Source: Octopus vulgaris (taxonomy: Eukaryota). Taken from it: a stretch of 64,000 bases of DNA. The DNA lies in the NCBI GenBank assembly GCA_951406725.2, contig OX597818.1:124558001-124622000 (forward strand), read 5' to 3'. The position numbers and the translations under genes were made by a program. This document shows, one piece after another, positions 54,268 through 64,000 of this stretch (position 1 is the stretch's first letter; each line of letters begins with the position of its first letter). Under the pieces are notes generated by a model. It saw only the letters and a program-made list of their open reading frames with translations, had not been told where the DNA came from and did not search any database.

Positions 54268-54693
54268 AGTAATAATTTTAAATTTGAGTATACACCTAGT
54301 AGTATGCCAAGAGACATCTGACAAGGCACATCTGCACCTATGGTGCTCTGCATCTGTTTGTGCATCATCTCAACTATGATGGATCAAAATGACCATTATT
54401 GAATAATAGTCTTGTGAATTCTATTTTCTTTCTCTACGTTATACATGTATGTGTGTATGTATGTGTATGTGTGTTTATGTATGTGTGTGTATGTATGCAT
54501 CTATGCATATAAAGTCATAAATGATAGAAATAGTTTGATGAAATTTTATTCAACAATAAGACAATTCTAATATCACAATAGATTGTTTCATAACTTAAAA
54601 ACATAAACAATTTATATTATTATATTTGCAAAATGCAAATAGTCCTCCAAAATAATGTGCAATTTAAGCTAGATAGATAGACAGTTATACATG

Positions 54694-55642
54694 TACCGTA
54701 AATCCTCGAGTATAATCCGCATTTTTTTCCCAAAATTTAAAGGTCAAGATCCCTAGTGCATACTATATACGAGGTTAAAAATGAAAAATATTTTCTGAGC
54801 AATGTCTATATTTGCTGTCCAGCAATGTTTATTCAGATGCATTTTGTGATGTCAGGCGCAAAAATACCTTAAGCTGAAAGTAATGAAGTCATAAAAGAAT
54901 CATCCATAACTTGCAGTAAGCAACATTTATTAAAATAAAAGTATTCAAAACACAGAATAACATGTAACAAAAACAATTTGCAAACATATTTACATTCCCA
55001 TATAACAGTTAAGAACATCACCATTACTGTATTATGCATGTGCGAAAGTGTTTGTTCGACTAGGTGCTACTGGCTTCATTACGCACAAATTGTGCTTAAT
55101 ATCTTAGCGCTAAATAGTCCATCCTGCTGTTTGTATTGGCAGTTTGCATCATTACCGTGGCAAACAATAGCTACTTAATTAAATGTTTGAACTACTGTGA
55201 GTCTTTACTAGGGTTTTTTATAAGCAGGACTTAAACCTGTACATTAATCTCCAATAAAACATTTTATACATTACATGCCCATAAAATGCCTCGTAGATCT
55301 TATTCAGCTATGTTTAAACTTGAAATTATATCATATGCTGAAGAGTATGGTAACAGGGCCACCGGAAGGAAATTTGATGTTGACGAAAGCATTGTCAGGT
55401 TATGGAGAAGAAATAAAGATGAAATTAAACAGATACCAAAGATAAAGAAGGCAAGAAGGCAATAATAAAGGATATTACTATATACATTTTTACAAACCAA
55501 GGACGTTATATAGACCTCCTTGATTCAAGTTAGAGAAGGGGTGCGTATTATACACAAGGTTTAGGTTTTTCAGAGGTACAGCCCCCTAAAAATCCCCTGT
55601 GTATTATACTCAACGGCGGACTATACTCGAGGATTTACAGTA
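54694..55642 (+). mobile_element. pogo/Tigger-type internally deleted DNA transposon
   Basis: TIRs CCGTAAATCCTCGAGTATAATCCGC / GCGGACTATACTCGAGGATTTACAG with TA TSD. Internal Brinker-type HTH remnant. Confidence 0.85.
55286..55465 (+). pseudogene. 59-aa transposase N-terminus (Brinker-like DNA-binding domain) with open frame
   Basis: Translated by hand as MPRRSYSAMFKLEIISYAEEYGNRATGRKFDVDESIVRLWRRNKDEIKQIPKIKKARRQ*. It is below the ORF-track length cut-off. Confidence 0.75.
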
Positions 55643-56899
55643 TATATAATATATGTATGTCTGTATGTATATTTCAGTCTGTTTTTTTTTTCTCAATCTC
55701 TGCTTATCAAATTACTAAGTTCTACCTTTTTTGGTTTAAAGGGAGATAATTTGACAGCCCAGTATATGTACACATATGAACACAATATGGCCATATGTTT
55801 AAGCAGTTCACTTTGCAGTTACGAGGCTCTGGGTTCCATTTCACAGGACGGCATTTTGGACAAGTCATCATCATCATCATCATCGTTTAACATCCACTTT
55901 CCATGCTAGCATGGTTTGGACGATTTGACTGAGGTCTGGTGAACCAGATGGCTGCACCAGACTCCAATCTCATCTGGCAGAGTTTCTACAGCTGGATGCC
56001 CTTCCTAACGCCAACCACTCAAAGAGTGTAGTGGGTGCTTTTATGTGCCACCAGCACGAGGGCCAGTCAGGTGGTACTGGCAACGGCCATGCTCAAATGG
56101 TGCTTTTTATGTGCCACCTGCGCAGGAGCCAGTCCAGTGGCACTGTGTTTTACAATTGCATTGGGGGAACCCAAGTCATGTGAGTGCAGCTGGATACATA
56201 GAAACTGTGTTGATGGATTGTAGTTGTAATTCAAAGATGCTGCATTGTCACACACTGAGTCATACCAATTCTACCTAAGAATTATATTAAGGACATACAT
56301 ATGTCTCTGGAACACTTGAATACTCAGCCACTTAAATGCTAATTCAATGAACAGGAAGCTCTGTTGATCAAACATCTGAATGCTCATCATCAAAACAGAG
56401 ATCCATTTACTTAACTTATATCCATACACACACATATTCAGAAGTGTGTGTGTGTGTGTGTGTGTGTGTGTACACATGCCTGCACTTATATCCATGCAGG
56501 CTTCTTTCAGTTTCAGTCAGCCAAATTCACTCAGAAGAATTTGGTTTGCCTGAGGCTATGGAAGAATAGAAAACACTTGCCAAAGGCCCCTTGCACTAGG
56601 ACTAAACTTGAAACCACATGCTTGTGAATCAAATTTCTTAACTACATAGCCATATTTAAAAAAATGGTTCTGCTTTCCTTGGTGTAGTTGAAGAATCAGT
56701 TGATTTTGTTTCCAAAAGGTTATGAACAATGTTTTGTGTTTACATTATTAAATATTTTGGTTTATTTCTCCAATAATTTCTCAGGTTAGGTGTGTTAGCA
56801 ATTTACTTTGGATACTTTGTTATTTTATTGTAATTACGTGAAGATAATTGCAATTGATGGTTCTTGGAGAAGGAAGAGGGTGGTGCTAGAGAGAAGTGG

Positions 56900-59330
56900 G
56901 GGTTTTGTGGAAAGAAAACAGAAGGGAAATGAATGAATAAATAAATAAATAAATAAATAAATAGGACAAAAAGGAAAGCAAGAAACAATGTAAAAAAACA
57001 AGAAAACAAAAAGGGGAAAAAATATATATATAATGAAAGGAATGATGTGAAAAAACAAGAATGAAATAAAGAAAAGAAAAGAAATACAATAGGTAGAGGA
57101 ACAAAAGAAAATAGAAAATTAGGGAAATAAATGAATTATAAAAATAAAAGCAAAAGTATAGAAAATTTAAGAGATGAAAGAGGAGAAAGGGGGAAAGGAA
57201 TATAAATGTAATGAAAATATCTATAAAAAGAAGGAAAGAAAGAATGAACAGAATATAGAAGAGAAAGAAATATAGAAACTAACAGGAAGGGAAGAAGAAG
57301 AGAGGAGTGAAAGAGATATAGAAACATAATGGAAGGAGGGAAGGAAGGAAAGCAGGAAGGAAGGAAGGAAGGAAAGAAAGAATGAATGGAAGAAGATAGA
57401 AATGAAAGAAATATAGAAACTAATACAATGGAGGAAAGAAGGAAAGAAGAAGAGGGGAGTGAAACAGATATACAAACATAATGGAAGGTGGGAATAAAGG
57501 AAGGCAGGAAGGAAGGAAGGAAGGAAGGAAAGAAAGAAAGAATGGAAGAGTATAGAAGTGAAAGAAATATAGGAACTAATACAATGAAGGAAATAAAATG
57601 AGAGGAGTGAAACAGATATAGAAAAGTAATGGAAGGAGGGAAGGAAGGAAGGAAGGAAGGAAGGAAAGAAGAAAGAAAGAAAGAAAGAATGAAAAAAGAA
57701 GATAGAAGTGAAAGAAATATAGAAACTAACGCAAAGAAGAAGAAAGGAGCAAAAGAGATATAGAAACATAAAGGAAGAAGTGAAGGAAGGAAGGAAGGAA
57801 ATAGGAGTGAAAGAAATATAGAAAGTAACAGGAAGGGAAGAAGGAAAGAAGAAGAGAGGAGTGAAAGAGATATAGAAACATAATGGAAGGAGGGAAGGAA
57901 GGAAGGAAGGAAAGCAGGAAGGAAGGAAGGAAAGAAAGAATGAATGGAAGAAGATAGAAATGAAAGAAATATAGAAACTAATACAATGGAGGAAAGAAGG
58001 AAAGAAGAAGAGGGGAGTGAAACAGATATAGAAACATAATGGAAGGTGGGAATAAAGGAAGGAAGGAAGGAAGGAAAGAAAGAAAGAATGGAAGAGTATA
58101 GAAGTGAAAGAAATATAGAAACTAATACAATGAAGGAAAGAAGATGAGAGGAGTGAAACAGATATAGAAAAGTAATGGAAGGAGGGAAGGAAGGAAGGAA
58201 AGAAAGAAAGAAAGAAAAAAGAAGATAGAAGTGAAAGAAATATAGAAACTAACGCAAAGAAGGAAAGAAGAAGAAAGGAGCAAAAGAGATATAGAAACAT
58301 AAAGGAAGAAATGAAGGAAGGAAGGAAGGAAGGAAGGAAATAGGAGTGAAAGAAATATAGAAAGTAACAGGAAGAAAAGACAGAAAGAAGAAGAAAGGAA
58401 CGAAAGAGATATAGAAACTAATACAATGGAGGAAAGAAGGAAAGAAAAAGAGGGGAGTGAAACAGATATAGAAACATAATGGAAGGTGGGAATAAAGGAA
58501 GGCAGGAAGGAAGGAAGGAAGGAAGGAAAGAAAGAATGGAAGAGTATAGAAGTGAAAGAAATATAGAAACTAATACAATGAAGGAAAGAAGATGAGAGGA
58601 GTGAAACAGATATAGAAAAGTAATGGAAGGAAGGAAGGAAGGAAGGAAGGAAGGAAAGCAGGAAGGAAGGAAGGAATGAAAGAATGAATGGAAGAAGATA
58701 GAAATGAAAGAAATATAGAAACTAATACAATGAAGGAAAGAAGGAAAGAAGAAGAGGGAAGTGAAACAGATATAGAAACATAATGGAAGGTGGGAATAAA
58801 GGAAGGCAGGAAGGAAGGAAGGAAGGAAGGAAGGAAGAAAGGAAGGAAGGAAGGAAGGAAAGAAAGAAAGAAAAAAGAAGATAGAAGTGAAAGAAATATA
58901 GAAACTAACACAAAGAAGGAAAGAAGAAGAAAGGAGCAAAAGAGATATAGAAACATAAAGGAAGAAGTGAAGGAAGGAAGGAAGGAAGGAAGGAAATAGG
59001 AGTGAAAGAAATATAGAAAGTAACAGGAAGAAAAGACAGAAAGAAGAAGAAAGGAACGAAAGAGATATAGAAACATAATGGAAGGGGGGAAGAAAGAAAG
59101 GAAGGAAAAGTGGAAGGAATATAAAAGGAAGAATGAAAAAAGAATGAAAAGCAAAAGAAAGCAAGAGATAGAGAAGGAAAGAAAATGAAGAAATATATAA
59201 AGAGAAAAAGATTGAGGAAAAGAATGAGAAAACAAATAAAAATGAAGAAAACTATGGGCAATGAAAAGAAGAACGAAAGAAAGGAAATGAGAGAGTGACT
59301 TGAATGAAGAAAAAGATGAGAGAATATTAG
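56900..59330. repeat. Purine-rich composite minisatellite
   Basis: Recurrent GTGAAAGAAATATAGAAAC modules separated by (GGAA)n/(GAAA)n, with higher-order duplication. Confidence 0.9.
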
Positions 59331-61094
59331 TGTTTCATAAGGTAATGAGCTGACAGATTCGTTAGCATTCGGGTAAAATGCTTAGCAGCACCTTGTCCAT
59401 CACTGCATTCTGAGTTCAAATTCCGTCGAAGTTTACTTAACCTTTCATTCTTTTGGGGTCAAAAAATTAAGTACCAGTTAAGAAGCTAATACCTCCTCTG
59501 AAAGAAAGAAATTGTAGGAATGACTAAAATGAAGAAGATGAGAGAATATTACAGTGTTTCATAAGGTGTTGAGCTGGCAGAATCATTAACCCACTGGCTG
59601 AAATGCTTAGTAGCATTTCATCCATCACTATGTTTTGAGTTCAAATCCCGCCTAGGTTGGCTTAACATTTCATCCTCTCAAAGTCAAAAATAAGTACCAG
59701 TTGAGTACTGGGGTCAAAGTTATCAACTTATCCCCTCCCCTGAAATTGTTGGCCTTTTGCCAAAATTTGAAACTAATAGTACAGTGTTTCATATAAAATG
59801 ATTAGGAGGGTGTTGGCAATAGGAAGGACATCTAGCTGAAAAACACTAGATTTGAATACTTATCTAACCCATGCCAGCATAGGAAAAGCAGACGTAAAAA
59901 TGACAACAATGATGAGGAAGAGGCTCCCTCTCCATAGTCCAAGATTTGACTCCAAGGAGAATAATTCTCTCTACTCATACTCTGAAGAAGACAAGCCTTG
60001 TTGTCTTTAGAATATTTGATTTTCTGATATTGTTATGGTTGATGTTCAGGCATTTTAGGCTTGATGCTTGGATATCAGCAAGTTTTTTTTTCTTTATGTT
60101 TTCTTACTTGTGAGCAACATCAAACCCCAAGGTACTTGAAATCATTCACCTCCTTGAGATAATGCCATCAATGGAACGAATTGGTTTATAGCTTTCATCA
60201 TCATTCATGGTCATGTAATCAATCATTATTTCTCTGAAGACTGAAACTAACTGACACTATCTCTCACCAAATTTGAGGCCTTGTGCTTAGTTGCAGAGTT
60301 GTAAAACAGAAAAGAGATTTCAGAATGGAAATAACGCTAAACACAATTTCCACTGACTAGAAAATTTTAGAACTTCTTTATAAAGTAGCAACAAAATAGA
60401 AATGAAAAATGTGAATTCTATACACCTTTTTCCTTATTCCATAATTTCAAATTCAAATCTCTAATCCCACCAAAGAGTATGAAGTAATTATTATCTCCCT
60501 TGTATTAACTGTCATTTTTTAAAAAATTTTGATGTATTGTTGTTGTTGTTATTGGAGGCTGTGGCAGTGATGGTAGTGGTGGTGGTAGTGGTGGTGGTGG
60601 TGGTGGTGGTGGTGGTGGTGGTGGCGGCAGCGGTGGTGGTGGTGGTGGTGGTGGTGGTGGTCATTTTCATCTTCGTCATCGTTGTCACTGTCATCATTGT
60701 CATCATCATCATCATCATCATTGTTGGCAAAATCAGTAAAACAATGGATAATATTCTTTGGAATAATTAGCTATGACCCTTTGTCAGATCCTGCTGGAAC
60801 AGACATTGCATTTTATCATTCTTGGTTGATAAAATACATACCATTATTCAGGATGGTAGATTAGCAAAACTGTTAAAGCATGGGACTAAGTGCATTAGGG
60901 TAATTTTTCCAGCTCCTTATAGTCTAAGATCAAATCTTATTGAGGTTGACTTTATCTCTCATCCCTTTAGGGTTGATAAAATAAAGAACAAGTAAGTACT
61001 AGAGCCACTTGTATCAATTATGACCATTAACCTCATACCTAAATCATCCTCATTATTATTGTTGTTGTTGTTGTTGTTATTATTATTATTATTA

Positions 61095-61440
61095 TTGAGA
61101 GAGAGAGTAGCACATGTCACCAAAGTGACACTGGGGTACAAATATACGAAGCCCAATATACCCATCATGACTACCCGTCTGATAAGAGTACACTAGGCAC
61201 ATGCATCACAAGCATGACATGGTGATTTCATATCAAGATAAACAGCACATGGCCTTGCAAGGGAGAGGCTCAGTTAGAATTTTCTTCAAATCAAGTAGCC
61301 CATCCTGCTCAAAAGGTTCTTGTATAAGGTTTGTTTAAGGATGTTGAAAGAAGCACCCATGTTTCCAGAGATAAATTATTCAAACCCTAAAGAATTCTCC
61401 TTCACAACTTCTGCTCATGTTCAGGGATGCACATATCATC
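61095..61440. repeat. Interspersed repeat of unknown class
   Basis: Homologous to ~9035-9330 (GGTACAAATATAC.AAGCCCAA...ATCAAGATAAACAG...AATTATTCAAACC). Confidence 0.65.
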
Positions 61441-61801
61441 AATCACATATCATGTGTCTGTGTTTGTACCCCACTAGTGCTTGACAACCAGTTTTAGTGT
61501 ATTTATGTCCCTGTAACTGAACGGTTCAGCAAAAGAGACTGACAGAATAAGGACCAGACTTTAAAATAAGTACTGGGGTAGATTCGTTTGACTAAAGTTC
61601 TTCAGGACAGTGCCCCAGCATGGCCACAGTTTAATGACTGAAACAAGTAAAAGACATCTGAGCATCAGACACCTGCAGTGTGTGGCTATAGCTCTACTTT
61701 CTCAGTTCAAATCCCACCAATGTCAACTTTGCTTTTCATCTTTCTAGGGTCCAAAAAAATAAAGTACTGGTAAAATACTGGGGTTGATGGTATTTATTAA
61801 A

Positions 61802-62218
61802 CGGCGGAGAGCTGGCAGAAACGTTAGCACATCTGGTGAAATGCTTAGCGGTATTTTGTCTGCCGTTAAGTTGTGAGTTCAAATTCCGCCGAGGTCGACT
61901 TTACCTTTCATCCTTTCAGGGTAGATAAATTAAGTACCATTTACACACTGGGGTCGATGTAATCGACTTAATCCCTTTGTCTGTCCTTGTTTGACCTCTC
62001 TGTGTTTAGCCCCTTGTGGGTAGTAGAAATAGGTATTTCATCTGCCGTTACGTTCTGAGTTCAAATTCCGCCGAGGTCGACTTTGCCTTTCATCCTTTCG
62101 GGGTCGATTAAGTAAGTACCAGTTACGCACTGGGGTCGATGTAATCGACTTAATACCTATGTCTGTCCTTGTTTGTCCCCTCTATGTTTAGCCCCTTGTG
62201 GGTAATAAAGAAATAGAT
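61802..62218 (+). mobile_element. Tandem dimer of SINE family C
   Basis: 61850-62030 is repeated at 62032-62218, nested in an older family C copy. Confidence 0.8.
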
Positions 62219-62840
62219 ATTTATTAACCCCCTTCCCTCAAAATTACGTACCTTTTTCCTAAATTAGAAACTATTACTAAAAAGGCGGTGATCTGATAGA
62301 ATCATTAGCTCAGGAAACAAAATGCTTCGTGGTATTAGTTCCAGCTTTGTATGTTCTGAGTTCAAATCCCACATAGGTCAACTCTGCCTTTCAACCTTTT
62401 GGGGGTTGATAAAATAAAGTACCAGTAATAAGTACCTGCTATGTTCCCTACCTAAAAATTGCTGGCCTTATGCTTAAATTAAAAACAATTATTATTGTTG
62501 TTGTTGCTGCTGTTGTTGTTGTTTCTGTTACTGTCATTATTTGATTTTAATTATTTTCCTATCTCATTTTGTATTTAGTAAAAGCAAAAAAAAAAAAAAA
62601 AAAAAAATTAGTAAAAATTGAAAAAAATAATAATAGAATAAAAAACAGAAACAGAAACATGGTAAACAAAAATTAAAAAATAAAACATTTACAAAACCTT
62701 TATTCATTTATTTATTTAACAGTAAAGGAAATAATGGAATAATTCAAATGAATTAAAGGCTATAATTATTTTGCTAGAGTTTTTCAAATTATTCTTGATG
62801 AGTTTCCTGAATTAGATGGGAAAATAATAATAATAATAAT

Positions 62841-62884
<44 letters not shown>

Positions 62885-62923
62885 TAATAATGATAATGAT
62901 GATGATGATGATGATAATAATAG

Positions 62924-62973
<50 letters not shown>

Positions 62974-63109
62974 GTTTCAAATTTTATCACAAAGGCAGTC
63001 ATTTTGTAAGAGGGGATATGTTGATTTCATCAACCCCAGTGGTCGTGGTGGTGGTGGTGGGGGTTGCAGCGGCAGTGATGGAGGGGGTGGAGGGGGTCAT
63101 TATCATATT

Positions 63110-63609
63110 TGCTAGATTCCCTTGTTCGAAAATATAAGGATACAGATCGTGTCATATAGCTAGCTGGAGATGATGTCCCCTGGGGCTAAATTACTGCAAC
63201 ATTCGTCCTAAACCAGGACTACCATGTTATATTGGTAAACAATCTTTACTCCAAAGTACTGTTGCAGAATATCTCTTATTGTGAAACTTAAAAATTGTAA
63301 TTTTCTAATTTATAGTTCAGTGACTTGAAAACTATATATTTCAAATGGGAATTTGGCAGCGCCACTTCTAGCCGAACAATTATTCTGTGCTGATGAAGGG
63401 AAATAACCTGGAAATCATGGTACACAGATATAGTTTTGAGCTGAGTGGGAGTGCTAGATTCCTTTGTTCGAAAATATAAGGACACAGATCATGTCATATA
63501 GCCAGCTGGAGACGATGTCTCCTGGGGCTAAATTACAGCAACATTCGTCCTAAACCAGGACTGCCATGTTATATCTCGCATTGTGAGATTTAAAAAAGTA
63601 ATTTTCTAA
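63110..63609 (+). mobile_element. ~342-bp partial tandem repeat containing one HHR (retrozyme or pLTR-like)
   Basis: 63111-63308 recurs at 63453-63609 with a ~40-bp deletion. The HHR lies at 63384-63428. Confidence 0.7.
63384..63428 (+). ncRNA. Minimal type-I hammerhead ribozyme motif
   Basis: TCTGTG-CTGATGA-AGGGAAATAACCTG-GAAA-TCATGG-TA|CACAGA. 6-bp stem I, canonical core, near-palindromic stem III (ATCATGGT), GUA triplet with predicted cleavage after 63422. Confidence 0.8.
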
Positions 63610-63737
63610 AACAAGATATATCAAAATTAATAATCAAGATCAGAGAAATTCCCAATTCTGATGATGTTTCCATTTCAGATTCTTCACTTTGATGATTATA
63701 GCACATCTCCATTTCTTCTGTTTCTGTTCAAAGCCAG

Positions 63738-64000
63738 GTGGAGGCGCAATGGCCCAGTGGTTAGGGCAGCGGACTCGCAGTCGTAGGATCGCGGTTTCGA
63801 TTCCCAGACCGGGCGTTGTGAGTGTTTATTGAGTGAAAGCACCTAGAGCTCCACGAGTCTCTGGCAGGGGATGGTGGTGGTCCCTGCTGTACTCTTTCAC
63901 CACAACTTTCTCTCACTCTTACTTCCTGTTTCTGTTGTATCTGTATTTCAAGGGGCCGGCCTTGTCACTCTCTGTGTCACGCTGAATATTCCCGAGAGCT
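63738..64000 (+). mobile_element. SINE family B (runs off the window end)
   Basis: Head identical to the 4510 copy. Confidence 0.8.

Noticed and set aside
57200-59100. Repeat-spacer appearance suggesting a CRISPR array
   Set aside because: Eukaryotic context, spacers are low-complexity and repeated, and there are no cas genes.
57136-59261. Long minus-strand ORFs (up to 359 aa) rich in F/S/L
   Set aside because: They are translations of the purine minisatellite, with no protein-like composition.
59285-59700. ~235-bp local tandem duplication
   Set aside because: It is a duplicated SINE C head plus flank, with no ribozyme or other signal.
63658-63700. CTGATGA near the tandem HHR repeat
   Set aside because: No downstream GAAA or stem III.

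Overview
AT-rich, repeat-dominated animal genomic DNA. The tRNA-derived SINE families and microsatellite load are typical of an octopus (coleoid cephalopod) genome; this assignment is inferred. The only recognisable host coding sequence is the last exon of an FBXL16-like F-box/LRR gene (9917-10065, +). The rest is dozens of SINE copies from about four families, 5'-truncated LINE ends (CR1-, RTE-, HERO-like), DNA-transposon MITEs (mariner, pogo/Tigger, TTAA/piggyBac-like), microsatellites, a 2.4-kb purine-rich minisatellite and a degenerate TTAGGG tract. Almost all ORFs in the supplied track are microsatellite or SINE artefacts. The main hidden signal is a set of about 12 short (200-500 bp) non-coding elements, most of them flanked by (TA)n tracts and built as asymmetric fold-back inverted repeats. 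Many of them carry minimal type-I hammerhead ribozyme (HHR) motifs with palindromic stem III. Five sequence-unrelated families keep the core order (stem I - C/G-U/C-GAN-G/C-A - stem II - GAAA - stem III - NUH - stem I'). One family has the rare G3-C8 swap of the core base pair, and one HHR lies in a ~342-bp partial tandem repeat. This points to non-autonomous Penelope-like/retrozyme-type self-cleaving retroelements that target TA microsatellites. All structures were folded by eye and none were tested.
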